In this document: piece by piece, positions 26,618 through 38,279 of the stretch
Layout of the letters: each line of letters opens with the position of its first letter
Position numbering within the stretch: the stretch's first letter is position 1
NCBI GenBank assembly: GCA_024704765.1
Contig: JAKMXF010000364.1
Coordinates: forward strand, 1 to 64,000
Origin: Oopsacas minuta
Lineage: Eukaryota > Animalia > Porifera
Length of the DNA stretch: 64,000 bases
Direction of reading: 5' to 3'
The notes under the pieces: generated by a model
The model's database searches: none
What the model was told of the DNA's origin: nothing
The model's input: only the letters and a program-made list of their open reading frames with translations
Program-made: the position numbers and the translations under genes

Positions 26618-27519
26618 CAGTTAAGAGACAAAAGTATTCGACCACACAAATATATTGTCATAAATTGTATACTCTTTCCCGCTCCTATACACTGTAAGGT
26701 CTATATTCGTAGCTGCAATCTAGTAATTTGCATAGAATAACATGTTTTTCAAGAATTTCAAAAAAATATTTTCGATTTACACTTTTTGAAGGTGTTAATT
26801 ATTAATAATTATTAGATAATTATTGATAATCAAAATATTTGATAATTCAAAACCTATTAAGAATCTATAATTTCTGACTTGATATTTGAATTCTACTTAG
26901 GCGAGTTACCCCAGATTAAAATTTCCAATGGGATTGAACAATTTTTACCAAAGTTATAGAAGAATTTCAATTTGTGCCACTTGTTGCAAAAAGTGACACT
27001 GGTGGCTGGAAAAAGCGCCACTACAAGGAAATCAACTAGGGTTAGGAGGAATAAGTCATAGTAATATTTTCGGATTATATGACTATGCTAACCCTTGAAT
27101 TACAAAATAACCTCTTGGTAACGGCCACTTGTGCCCCTTGGGCAAAAGGTGGCACAAATGGCACAAATTGAAATTCATCTATAACTCTGGCAAAAATTGT
27201 TCAATCCCATTGAAAATTTAATCTGGGGTAACTCGCCTAAGTAGAATTCAAATATCAAGTCAGAAATTATAGATTCTTAATAGGTTTTGAATTACCACAT
27301 ATTTTGATTATCAATAATTATCTAATAATTATTAATAATTAACACCTTCAAAAAGTGTAAATCGAAAATATTTTTTTGAAATTCTTGAAAAACATGTTAT
27401 TCTATGCAAATTACTAGATTACAGCTACGAATATAGACCTTACAGTGTATAGGAGCGAGAAAGAGTATACAATTTATGACAATATATTTGTGTGGTCAAA
27501 TACTTTTGTCCCTTAACTG
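26618..27519. mobile_element. Tc1-derived foldback element, 902 bp, ~360-bp near-perfect arms
   Basis: Arms 26618-26979 and 27159-27519 are reverse complements with only scattered substitutions. Termini TA|CAGTTAAG(A/G)GACAAAAGTATT; 179-bp noncoding spacer. Confidence 0.93.
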
Positions 27520-27619
27520 TATATGTGAGTCCATATATAGCTTTATAACTTCTGTTGCCTACTTGAGAGGTACTCAACAACTAAATCCATCAATGGAATT
27601 TTCTTGCCTTTCTCTATAA

Positions 27620-27990
27620 TTACTCTGCACATATTTACTGGGATACTACCCTGTAACAAGTTTAATTATTAAATTTAACTGTCTGCACTCATTCAAAGTG
27701 AGTCATTCTATTAACTGCCTGCAATTATTCACGGTGATTCAGACATGTAGCAAGTTTAATCATTCAATTTCAAATATTTGCACCTAATAACGGTGATTCT
27801 TACCCGTAACAATTTTATCATACTATTTCAACTGTCTGCACAAATTCTCGGTGATTCTGATCTGTAACAAATTACTTATTCATTTTCAACTGTCTGCAGG
27901 AATTCGCAGAGATTCTGATCTGTGAGGGTTCAATCATTCAATTTCAAATGTCTACACCTATTCACAGTGATTCTGATCTCAAAAAGTTTA
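27620..27990 (+). repeat. ~59-bp degenerate minisatellite array
   Basis: About 6 units resembling ttcaactgtctgcacatattcacggtgattctgacctgtaacaagtttaatcattcaat. The same family recurs at 56.4-58.4 kb and 63.2-64.0 kb. Confidence 0.8.
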
Positions 27991-28439
27991 ATCATGGCGC
28001 TAATGTGATGTCATAACGCAACATGGTGTGCAGACAATTATGAGAAATGAATTGTGCTCTAAAGATATATATGTTCTTTACTTGACCCATCATTTGGACT
28101 TAGTCGTTGTCTCCTATGTATATAATATTGACAAAGCAGTTCATTTTTTTGAAATATGGCCACAATCTATACTTTCCTTCCTACATGGGTTCCCCAATTC
28201 ACAGAAGGAATATGATGAGCACACAGATATCAGTGGGAAATCCAAACAACAAAATGAACTGAAATCTTGGTCGAACACTCAGACTGTCGAGCATTTCGCA
28301 TAAGATCGTGATAAAACAAGTAGGCGCACATCAGGACAGTTTCTGGTTTTTTCATATGTCTTATAATATTTCAGAATATTTTTCGAAAATGTGCTAATGT
28401 TGCAAACATTTACAAAGTAAAGATATGGACCTTACTCGA

Positions 28440-29160
28440 GCAGTTGATTTAATCAAGGGACTGAAGTCTGATCTTACAAGAGACACTTTATGAAGTGTGT
28501 ATTACTGCAATGAATTAAATCGATTGCCATAATATCGCACTCCTAGTAGAATGTGAGTTAGCTGCAGAGAAGATGTACATCGAACTATTTGGGCCAAACC
28601 TGAATACAAAAAACAACGGTTCAATAAAGTCATCGAAAGTTGTTTCAGAACTGAATAGGAGATTCAGTGAAGAATCATGCACCATCCTAATTTCGATGTC
28701 ATCACTCGTACCATTTTCTTGATTCGGAAAGATTAAAACCATTTGTTGACCATTATAATTTGCGAGGTCCCGAGGCGTAGCCAGGGTGCGGCATATACGG
28801 CGCATGCCGCACCTTTTGTTCGGCCCTAGCTACGCCTCTGGCGAGGTCATCTAATGAAGAGCGAGTGTGATATTCTCGCAGTTCAATTCTCTAATTCGGC
28901 GCCAGAGTGTCAAAACGTGTTGGACATTCTTCAATTCGTCGGGCCAGATCGCGGATGCTATACCCAACTTTATAAGGCATACCAAATTGCTTGCATAATC
29001 CCAATTATAACAGCAGTAAATGTAAGGTCATTTTCCTGTATTTATGGAGTTCGATGGATGACTTAAAACTTGGAGAGCTTGAAGCTCTTTGATTAAAGAG
29101 AGAGCGACAACGAAATTGATATTGAAGATATCATAGAACAATTTCAATATGTTCAGCTCT
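28440..29160 (+). pseudogene. hAT (ZMYM1-like) transposase C-terminal remnant
   Basis: SELNRRFSEE, HFLDSERLKPFVDHYNL and YTQLYKAYQIACIIPIITAVNVRSFS (hATC-like). Confidence 0.65.
28770..28840. mobile_element. 71-bp hAT micro-MITE
   Basis: TIR CCGAGGCGTAGCCAGGG / CAGAGGCGTAGCTAGGG. Perfect 8-bp TSD GCGAGGTC at 28762-28769 and 28841-28848. Confidence 0.9.
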
Positions 29161-30018
29161 AAGAATTGTTTTGTTTTAGGACAATTCTAACATTTTAAAT
29201 ATCCATCAACAATTAAAACACTAATAATAAACAAATGTGAGGTCAATCGATTGGAAAAAAAGTCTCGGATGTAAATTTAAGTTTAGATTTTTCTTTGACC
29301 AAGTGCACCTCCGAACTTAGAAGGCTTGCGCCCTAACAGACTTCTAAACTAATAGGACAGTCAAATAGTATTCAAATCTGACCAACTTTGCACCAAGTTA
29401 GGCTAGTGTGTTATAGTTGATATCTCAAAAGACGTTAGTTCTATTGGTATTAAATATATTATTGTAGAATGGAAGTCATGTATGTATTGGCATACTTGAA
29501 ATGTGTGTGGTTTGCGAGATTTTCCGTTTCACATATTTTGTTACTACCAACAGGGATATTTATTAGTTGCGAGAATATTAAATAGTACCCTTTGGACCGA
29601 ATAAATATGATATTTTGATCTAACAATACACAAAATCTAGCTCTACAAACAATTCCCAAGTCAAAATGACGTTATCGGATTGATTCTTTTGCATATTAGT
29701 CCACTAATGGTCCAATTTATTGACTACTACCGGTCTTCGCTTGCTAGGTTCGCGACAGCTTATGCCTCAGATCAAATTAAGTATTGTACAGCTACATTTC
29801 TTGATGCTTTTGGTCGCTATGCGACCAGCATATTAACAATATATTATATTTTGATAATGTTTGCACGTTCCAGGGTTATAGTTGCAACCATGGATGACCC
29901 ATTTTTGCTGGTATTCAAAAATAATATCTCATAGAAATGTATTACCAGGGTATGGGGAACCGGGTATATTTTTACATGTTTCCAAGACGATTTGACCATA
30001 GAGGTCCATAGGTAGATA

Positions 30019-30197
30019 CAGGGTTTCATCCAGGCGTATGCACGAACCTGCAGGCGCATGAATTTCGGCGAATATAGATCTAGGTGCATTAAAATTTGAG
30101 CAAGACCCCATACCGTAATGGGATATGTATACTCTAGGCGAGCTTAAATGAGGGGGAAATTTTAGGCGTATGGTTCAGAATTGCTATATAAACCCCG
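30019..30197. mobile_element. hAT MITE (~180 bp), same family as 58452-58632 in opposite orientation
   Basis: Begins CAGGGTTTCATCCAGG. 8-bp TSD GGTAGATA at 30011-30018 and 30198-30205. Confidence 0.85.
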
Positions 30198-30320
30198 GGT
30201 AGATATGAATAGCTGCAAAATTTGGTATCTGATTATCACGAAATTTGAAAGCTTTTACCATCAAACTTACAGTCAACATTAACAAATGACATTTCAAAGC
30301 CACGTAAATTCTACAAAGCA

Positions 30321-30416
30321 ATAGGAATAGATAATCTAAACTGAATATAATTATAGGAATAGATAATCTAAACTGAATATAATTATAGGAATAGATAATC
30401 TAAACTGAATATAATT
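30321..30416. repeat. 32-bp perfect tandem repeat x3 in the probable 3' UTR of Hsp110
   Basis: ATAGGAATAGATAATCTAAACTGAATATAATT three times, 65-160 bp beyond the Hsp110 stop. Confidence 0.92.
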
Positions 30417-30481
30417 ATAAGAACAGAAATTCTAACAGCCTAAGAACTACTTCCATAACTAAAGTACTAAACAATTCTAAA

Positions 30482-33124
30482 TTAATCTAAATCCATCTGT
30501 TGCTGATTAGGAAGCAATTCGATATTACCCTCTGAATGAACATCCTCTTGTGTATTAATAGGATGTACTCCATCAGTGGCCTGAGTAGGTAGATTGTCTA
30601 ATTTTTCAGATTTTTCACTAGGTTTAGGTATATCTTTGGGGGGTTCTTCTTTAGGTTTTGGTTTAGGCTTGGAAATAATAGGCAATGAGAAATCTACAAG
30701 ATGTTTTTCAGTTGAACGGATGTCAGCAGCAGTAAATGTAGGATTCTCATGTTTAGCTAATTTTTGGTGAGCAAGAAGTTGTTCTTCAAGCCATCGTTGC
30801 TTTTCATCGACCATTTTTTCAACCTTATGAACTTCTTCTACATCAAGGTGACAGTATTCTTCCTTGCCACCCCTGTATTCACTCACAAATTTACGGTAGC
30901 GGACTAAACTCTGGCCTAATATATTAAAGGCATCTGGTCGCTCTTGGAATTCTCGATATCGCAAAATACCTGGGTCACCCTGCGTTTGTAAACACTTCAA
31001 TTTGTCTTTATAGACAGATGGTTCTTCTTGTGTGTCATCATCAATTAACCAATTATTAATGTTTTCAAGATCTGCAATTAAATGGTTCTTTTCATCATCT
31101 TGAAAATAGTCATTAAGATTGTTTTCTAACTTATCTCGCAAATCATAAACGTATTCCTCTAGTGAATTTTTAGAAATAGCCTTCTCAGCTTGATAACGAT
31201 CTTGTGCGATTAAATTGCCTTCAGTCTCAATAGCCTTGTCTATATCAATTTGGGACATATTCCTTGCATCAACCGTTACAGGGAGTAAAATACTTACGAT
31301 TAATTCTTTGAACTTCTTGGGTTCAGTAGTTTCCTGTTCTTGTAGTTCAACCTTATTATCAGTATCAGAAGGAGAAGGTTCCCTTTGTATACATGTGTCT
31401 ACGAGGGAACCCATGGATTCAGCTGAGTCCGTTGGATTAGATTTAATTGTATCACTTTCCGACATATTAACGTCAGGGTCAGGTATTTCGTCACACGCAT
31501 CTAGGTTATCAGATGCTCCTTCCATCTCTACTTTATCATTCACCTGAGTAGTATTTGAAATATTGGAAGCTGGGGATGATTTCACTTTTGAGGACTCTTC
31601 TGCTTTAACTTCGACAACTTTCTTTTCAACCAACTCAACATTGGGTATTGTGAGGATTCCACTGTTATCTACTCTAAACTTTACTTTTACTTTCGATAAT
31701 TGCCCGTCCTCGGTGGGCTTCACATTCTTCACAGTAAAAATAGAGATCAAAGGATTTACATGGGCAGTTATATCCGAATGTTTGTAGCTACATTCTATTC
31801 TAAAATCAGATCTTCGGTAAAATGAAAGAACTTTAGATAGATTAGATGGAGTTCCAACTTTGAAAGCATTCATTTCTCCTTTATCTCCTGTGTCTGGATC
31901 AACCCAGTTTATTCGTATAGCGTAAGGGATTACTCCCACAACATGAAATTGTCTAACTCGAATAGTTGGAGAAAGGAGGGCACACTGGATTGCACAGCCT
32001 TTAGCTACAGACTCATCAAAATTAAGAGTTTTGCTAACTTCTTTACAGAAAATTTTCTGAATAATTGTGGCAATAGCTGGTATACGACTCGACCCACCTA
32101 CTAGTTCAACCGAGAAGAGATCATTTGTCCCTAGTTTAGAGAGAGTGAGGGCTTCTTGTAATGCACTCTCAACCCGTAAAAACATTTCATCACAAAGGGT
32201 ATTAAATTCATTACGGTTCATCCGGAAAGAATAATCAAGATCATCCATAAGGCATTCTATGTTCATTGGAATACTGGAAGAATTAGTACTCAGTAATTTC
32301 TTAAGGGTCTCACACTCAGCTAGTAGCTTCAAACAAGATTTCTTACTTTGAAAGATATTAACCTTGTATTTCAGATTGAATTGAGTTGAGAAATGATCAA
32401 ACAATCGCTGATCAAAGTCTCTACCACCTAAATTCGGGATCGATACGGAAGATAGGCAGTTAGCCTTTCCACTCGAAAAGGCGAAAATGTTCACTTGAAA
32501 ACTCGTACGACCCATATCCACAAAAGCTATATTCCTTGGAGATTGATCTTCCTCTGGTAAATCCTTTTTGTAAATACCATATGCCAGGGCTATTGCATTT
32601 CCGTCGTTTAAAAGTCGTTGTGAAGGCACACCTGCTATATTAGCCGCATCAAATATAGCTCTCCTCTGAATATCAGTGTAGTGACCAGGTACAGATATGA
32701 CAGTAGATAATATCTTGGTATGTAGGGTCTTTTCAGCATTATCAGCTATATGACGCAATAACATAGAATATATCTGTGTAGGAGTGAACCATCTGTCGGA
32801 ACCTAAATAATTCACCAGAATGCCAACTTGATTAGAGTTTGGGTACGAACCAACAGTGAAAGGCAATTTGTTTATTTGATCTTGCACAATTGGATCTGAA
32901 AAATCTCTACCAAGTAAATTTTTAATCCCGAAAATAGTATTCTTGTAATTAATAATTAACTGACTCTTAGCACTAGCTCCAATTTTGCGATCTTGAGATC
33001 GGAATGACACTATCATAGGTGTCAACCTGTCAGAAACATCGTTTGTAATTACCTCAATTCCACCACCAATAGCAGCTCCTACAAAACATGACTGATCTCC
33101 AATATCAATACCAAGTAATGCCAT
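30482..33124 (-). CDS. HSPA4: Heat shock protein 110 (HSPA4/HSPA4L/HSPH1 family; Hsp70 nucleotide-exchange factor), single coding exon, 880 aa
   Basis: GIDIG...GGIEVITNDVSDRLTP, IALAYGIYKKDLP, GGRDFD, VELVGGSSRIP, TLNFDESVAKGCAIQCALLSP, acidic insertion, KNSLEEYVYDLRDKL, C-terminal MDLD. Uninterrupted ORF. Which vertebrate paralogue it matches cannot be decided; the symbol denotes the family. Confidence 0.96.
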   Translation of the reverse strand: MALLGIDIGDQSCFVGAAIGGGIEVITNDVSDRLTPMIVSFRSQDRKIGASAKSQLIINYKNTIFGIKNLLGRDFSDPIVQDQINKLPFTVGSYPNSNQVGILVNYLGSDRWFTPTQIYSMLLRHIADNAEKTLHTKILSTVISVPGHYTDIQRRAIFDAANIAGVPSQRLLNDGNAIALAYGIYKKDLPEEDQSPRNIAFVDMGRTSFQVNIFAFSSGKANCLSSVSIPNLGGRDFDQRLFDHFSTQFNLKYKVNIFQSKKSCLKLLAECETLKKLLSTNSSSIPMNIECLMDDLDYSFRMNRNEFNTLCDEMFLRVESALQEALTLSKLGTNDLFSVELVGGSSRIPAIATIIQKIFCKEVSKTLNFDESVAKGCAIQCALLSPTIRVRQFHVVGVIPYAIRINWVDPDTGDKGEMNAFKVGTPSNLSKVLSFYRRSDFRIECSYKHSDITAHVNPLISIFTVKNVKPTEDGQLSKVKVKFRVDNSGILTIPNVELVEKKVVEVKAEESSKVKSSPASNISNTTQVNDKVEMEGASDNLDACDEIPDPDVNMSESDTIKSNPTDSAESMGSLVDTCIQREPSPSDTDNKVELQEQETTEPKKFKELIVSILLPVTVDARNMSQIDIDKAIETEGNLIAQDRYQAEKAISKNSLEEYVYDLRDKLENNLNDYFQDDEKNHLIADLENINNWLIDDDTQEEPSVYKDKLKCLQTQGDPGILRYREFQERPDAFNILGQSLVRYRKFVSEYRGGKEEYCHLDVEEVHKVEKMVDEKQRWLEEQLLAHQKLAKHENPTFTAADIRSTEKHLVDFSLPIISKPKPKPKEEPPKDIPKPSEKSEKLDNLPTQATDGVHPINTQEDVHSEGNIELLPNQQQMDLD

Positions 33125-33939
33125 TAAAAACTAGAAGAAATGAAAAAATAAATAAAATTATGGAGAATACTATTGAACCTCAAATTAGCATGAAAATCTC
33201 TTGATAATTGAGTATGGTGTAAAGACCTGCGGTAAGTTCTAGTCGATCTAACTCTTTGAAATTCTAAAGATGATATGCATGCCAAGTTATACATTTTGAG
33301 ACATGGAAAATGGTGACTGAAAAGTTCGTAGGAAATCGAGGAAGAAGAAACACATTTCCCATGAAAAAAAATAGTTTCAAATTACACTACATAATTCATA
33401 AATAGTCCATTTATTCATAATACAATATAGCCTGGTTGATACCCATCCATGCAGTGTCAATTTATGACGTAATCTCATTGCTACCCCCCTCTGGACTCCA
33501 AAATCAAGTGCAGGCGAACGGGGAAAAATATATGTAAGCTAGGGCCATGAAATTATACATCATGTTATAAACATATAGTAGATATTACTCATGCTATACT
33601 CATATTTCATCAATTTTTTATTTAAGGTGTGTCTATTTAGGTATACTTTACCCTTAGGGCCAGGTGGTTTGAGGCCAAAATTAGGGGATACTAGCCTAAA
33701 CATAAAATATTTCAAAAAATATTTATGATAGAGCTCTAAAATTTATCGAATTTCTTACGTCTCAATCATTAGGAACACTGGATATACTGGGAAAAATGGC
33801 ACTAGAATATATTCCCTTATTGCAATTAATGCCGTCAAGCATTTTACTCTAGCTATTATAAATCTTGATATATTCTACTTTTAACCTAAGAGTCAACTTT
33901 TTCATGGCTTCTAAATACATATCGAGCAAAAATCGAACA

Positions 33940-34800
33940 ACGAGCTTATATAGAGATTCGTACCGTACAGGCGACAAACTATTCCAGATACATGAGGATC
34001 TAGTCACGGTTTATCATAGGGAGGGTCTAGCGTATCCCACCGTAAAAGAATGGGCTGTAAAGTAAAGGCTGGTAGGTGCAGCATTGAAGAACGGAATAAC
34101 TATCTTCGCTACTACCCCTGAATTGGGGCGAAATTCTGGAACTATTGAATATTGACCCCAATTTGAGTGTTGAAGAGATTGCCCTAATCCTTGAAATCTC
34201 ATCGGGGAAGTGTTCATATAAATCTACACGATTACCTCGAATCTCCAAAGATGTCAGCGCGATGGATATAAAAATCCTCACAAAGGGTCAAAAGGAGCAG
34301 GAGCTTCGAAAAATTAGGTTAAAGTATATAGCGATTGGGGTTCTCGAAAGTTATTTGAAATCGTTACTGGTGGCGAAACTTGGATTATATTATCCGAACC
34401 TCAACGTAATGAAAACAAAGCAATTCATGGGTCTCAAAATGTTATTGTTCCCTCGAAAGGCACTTCCGGACTTCCGGGAGGATAAGGTTCTTTACACCAT
34501 ATTTTTGATACGTAGGGGCCAGTGGCTCAAATACCTGTGCCTAAATGAGAATGATTCAATGGAGAATTTTACGCAGATAAATGCCTGAGAAAAGTCGAAA
34601 TGTCTATGAAACATTACGTACTCGCTCAGGAACTCGAGGATTCAAACTACTCCTCCATAATCCCAAACCTGGTTGACACTTGCAGACTAGAGACAGTATC
34701 TATTGTGGGTGCCAATGGCCAATGCCTATAGCTACTTCAAAACATCCTCGACTTTCACAATTTCTGAGAAGAGAAGTAAAAAAGGATTTGCTGAGGTTAC
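33940..34800 (+). pseudogene. Degenerate mariner transposase remnant
   Basis: IHEDLVTVY...YPTVKEW, LSVEEIALILEISSG, TGGETW, and PDFREDKVLYTIF, which resembles the PDFRKPKIMYTIF of the 4.9/7.7-kb mariner. TIRs not found. Confidence 0.65.
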
Positions 34801-35800
34801 TGACTAGAAATCCCATGTGTATACCGCCTTTAAGGGCTCAAAGTTTACATTGACAAGATAAAAGAATTGTTAAAAGACTTGAAAGACATAGGACTTGTAT
34901 CTTACTCATATTATTATGTGTATTTTGTGATATCTATGAAAATTATTGGTTGCAGTTTCAGGCTGTCCGTTCTTGGGAGATAATTTTGCATTAAGACTCG
35001 TCATTCGGTGCCAGTTCCCTGTCCGTTGTTCGTAATTCGGAGCTGTCCGCTTCTCGGAGACTACTTAAGTACTTCATGCTTGGCAAATTCAATCCGTGCC
35101 ACGAGGTTTGTCCTTGTAGGGGGTTGACCTCTTCTCGGAGTGTCCGTTTTGGGAGACTCTACCATTTTACATATTTATGGAAATATATTTCATCAATCCT
35201 CAAGTGCAAATTTTTGTGGAAATGTGTAAAATTTTGTGCTTAGTAAGCATTGGTGGGCGTAAATGTGTCCATCTTTGATACACCGTAGGACGATAATTAC
35301 TACAAATAGATTTCCGAATTCGTACTCAATAATTTGATGCGTGACCTACGTTATAATAAGGTCTGTTCACTAGTGTGATTTTTTGGATCATGGATGTCGT
35401 TAAGTCCATTAAATTTTATTTCAAATGATCATGTATTAGATGGTATTCACCCAAATCGTGAACTTGAAAATTGTTCTTAAGCGATTTTAAAGACTATGGA
35501 TGTCGTTGAAGGTTTGTAAAACAGTATTTCTTAGAAATCCATAATATTTATATTATTTATGAATCAACCTTTTGTTACATTCAATTTATTGAAACAATAC
35601 ATTTATGTACTCACCACCCGTTGTACATTGCCCCTTGTACTTTTATCCTAGGTTGTTTAATACGTCTTGGAACCAAACTGTCAAACTAAATTAATGATTA
35701 GTTGGGAATTGTATTATAACTATATCAAAATAATCAAAACTATCCTAAGATATATTTTAAATATAAAATTTTCTACACTCGATCTATCTTAAGGTATATA

Positions 35801-38279
35801 TGTTACAGTCAATGTGTAAAATCAGTCAATTTACAAATTGACTGAAATTTCCAGCCAATTTGTAAATTGACTGATTCACTTAGGCAATTTACAAATTGAC
35901 TAGAATTTTCAGCCAATTTACAAATTGACTGAATCATTGGTCGTTTTTTGTGACAGATTGTCTAAATACATATTACGAATTTCAAATCAATAAAGTAGTG
36001 AATAAATGGGAAATCTTGCAATTATTGTTATTCCAAAACATATACGTCTACTCAACTTAAGAATTGAAAATGTATAAGAGAAACCTGACTCAAAGTAGTG
36101 TATCCTCAATAACAACATATCAAAGGGAAGCATCTATCGACGTGAAATATTCTGGAGTATAAAAGGCAAGGTAATATGAACACCCTCATAACTCTAAAAG
36201 ATGTCGGACACTAAGGAACAGTCTCTTCGTGAGGAGATGTTGAAACGAAAAAGCTCCGATGCCAAATCATTATTGATGACCAAACACAAGGATTTTTGTT
36301 GCTTGAAGGGGTCAAAGTTGCATCTGACACCGCAAAGAAGTCCAACAGGCAGTACTATATCCTTGGCAGGTATGTGAACAAATAATTATTGGTTCAACAA
36401 TTAAGCTTGAGTCATGGCTGCATTACTTGGATTCAGGTCAAATAAATGTTCTATACAATACCATAATTAGTTCTTTAATTGTATAGAGCCTAAGTACGTA
36501 CGTTGTTTTAGGATTTCTTGGCTGTACATGGAAAATATGCCAATAATATTGCGGACTACGGTTGTGTACTCTGTTGCTGCCATCGATTAAGTGACATATT
36601 TTATATATTTTACAGATACGAAATTCTTCAGTGTGGCGATGTTGAGAAGTTGATTCGAAAGCAGAGTGAAGGCTCCCAAGAAATTATTTACTTTACTCAC
36701 ATAGATGATATGTTCGACATCATTAAACGCGCTCATGTTGCATGCGGCTATGGCGGTCGAGACAAGATGACTAAAGCTTTGAACAAATATGCAAACATCA
36801 CTCGCGACTCCATTGAGCACTACAAATCTCTCTGTGTTCAATGTCACAGAAACGTAAGCGTTCCACCACTAAGGGTGTTGTTGTGAAGCCAATTCTGTCC
36901 CAAGACTTTGGTTCCCGTGCTCAGGTTGACCTCATTGACATGCAGTCTATGTGTAAAGTTTCATATAGCTGGATCCTAGTTTATCAAGACCACTTAACAA
37001 AGTATTGTGTATTACGCCCTTTGACTTCCAAACGTGCTGCTGAAGTCGCGTGGCAATTGATTGACATTTTCTTGTTACTAGGCGCTCCTCAAATTCTCCA
37101 GAGTGACAACGGCAGTGAATTTACAGCATCAGTCATCACTGAACTGAAGGTTATTTGGCCTGATCTACTTATGGTCCATGGTAAGCCTCGCCATCCCGAA
37201 AGCCAGGGATCAGTTGAGAGACTGAATTGTGACGTCAAAGACATACTAACTGCCTGGTTAGGTGACAATGACTCCACAGATTGGCCAACTAGGCTTCGTT
37301 TTGTGCAGTTTCAGAAGAACAGTGGTTACCATTCTGGAATTAAACAATCCCCATTCAAGGCCCTGCTTGGACGTGATGCACAAGTTGGACTACGTTCAGC
37401 ATCCCTTCCTAATGAAATCCTAGAACTCCTTGTGTCCGAAGATGACCTAATGGCTGCATATCAGTAATCTGACCCCTCTCAAGTCTCTCCAGGTAGCCAG
37501 ACCACAGTTTCTCCAAATCTTCTTACACAAGAAGATAAGTCACCTGATCCCTCAGAAGCTACTTCTTCAACATCTTTATCTGCTCATTCGTCTCAGGTAA
37601 CCGCTATCCAAATACGGCACGATAACATTCAACTCAACCGCAAGAGAACAGCTGAAGGACAGATAGCTCAGGCCGAACGCATGTTGAAACGAAGTCGTCT
37701 AGAGCAGGTCGCTGGAAACCCTGGAGATAATGTAATTATTCCAATCCTTTTAGTGGATTGCGGTAGAGGAGATCCTCAAAACATAATGGGTGTAATTCTG
37801 GAAAGAAAGAAAATGACATGTACCGTATAGCAGTCCATACAGGAATCCTGAAAGGATCTTACAGCCGAAATCAATTTGATTTGTGTCCCCATCCGCTACA
37901 CAGTGTGAACGATTTCACCATAGACAAAGAAATAGGCCTACGACAAGCTGTTCAACAAGAGTCTAAGTGTGGTGGACAACGGTTTGCCAAGTGTAACTGT
38001 ACACAAAGTGGCAAACAATGCAAATCAAACAAATGTAAATATTTCAAGGCTGGACTTAAATGTAATAGCAAATGTCACGCGAGCATAACCTGCCTCAACA
38101 AGATCTGAATGGGAACGATATATGAACTATTTAGTCAGTATGCTGTAATCACATGCTTTTAATTGATATTGATATCAATTAATTAAATTCGTAATATGTT
38201 TTCAGTCAATCTGTCAAAAAAAACGACCAATGATTCAGTCAATTTGTAAATTAACTGAATTTACACATTGACTGTAACA
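35801..38279 (+). mobile_element. Ginger-type (Gypsy-integrase-related, KRBA2/SCAND3-like) DNA transposon, 2479 bp
   Basis: TGT...ACA termini (TGTTACAGTCAATGTGTAAA), TATA on both flanks, and subterminal CAATTTACAAATTGACTG repeats (more copies on the left). Confidence 0.9.
36201..38108 (+). pseudogene. Integrase-like transposase with one intron (36370-36615), frameshifts and stops
   Basis: Exon 1 MSDTKEQ...QYYILGR|gtatgt, ...tttacag|ATACGAA. H/C zinc motif (RAHVACG...CVQC), QVDLIDMQ, LQSDNGSEF, PESQGSVERLN, YSRNQF and a C-terminal Cys-rich CNC...C...KC...CNSKCH tail. Confidence 0.9.

Noticed and set aside
33125-33500. Heat-shock elements upstream of Hsp110
   Set aside because: Only isolated GAA/TTC half-sites with wrong spacing; no perfect nGAAnnTTCnnGAAn seen.
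36201-38108. KRAB-A/SCAN domain host gene or LTR retrotransposon pol
   Set aside because: No KRAB, SCAN, RT or RNase H. It is bounded by TGT...ACA TIRs rather than LTRs.
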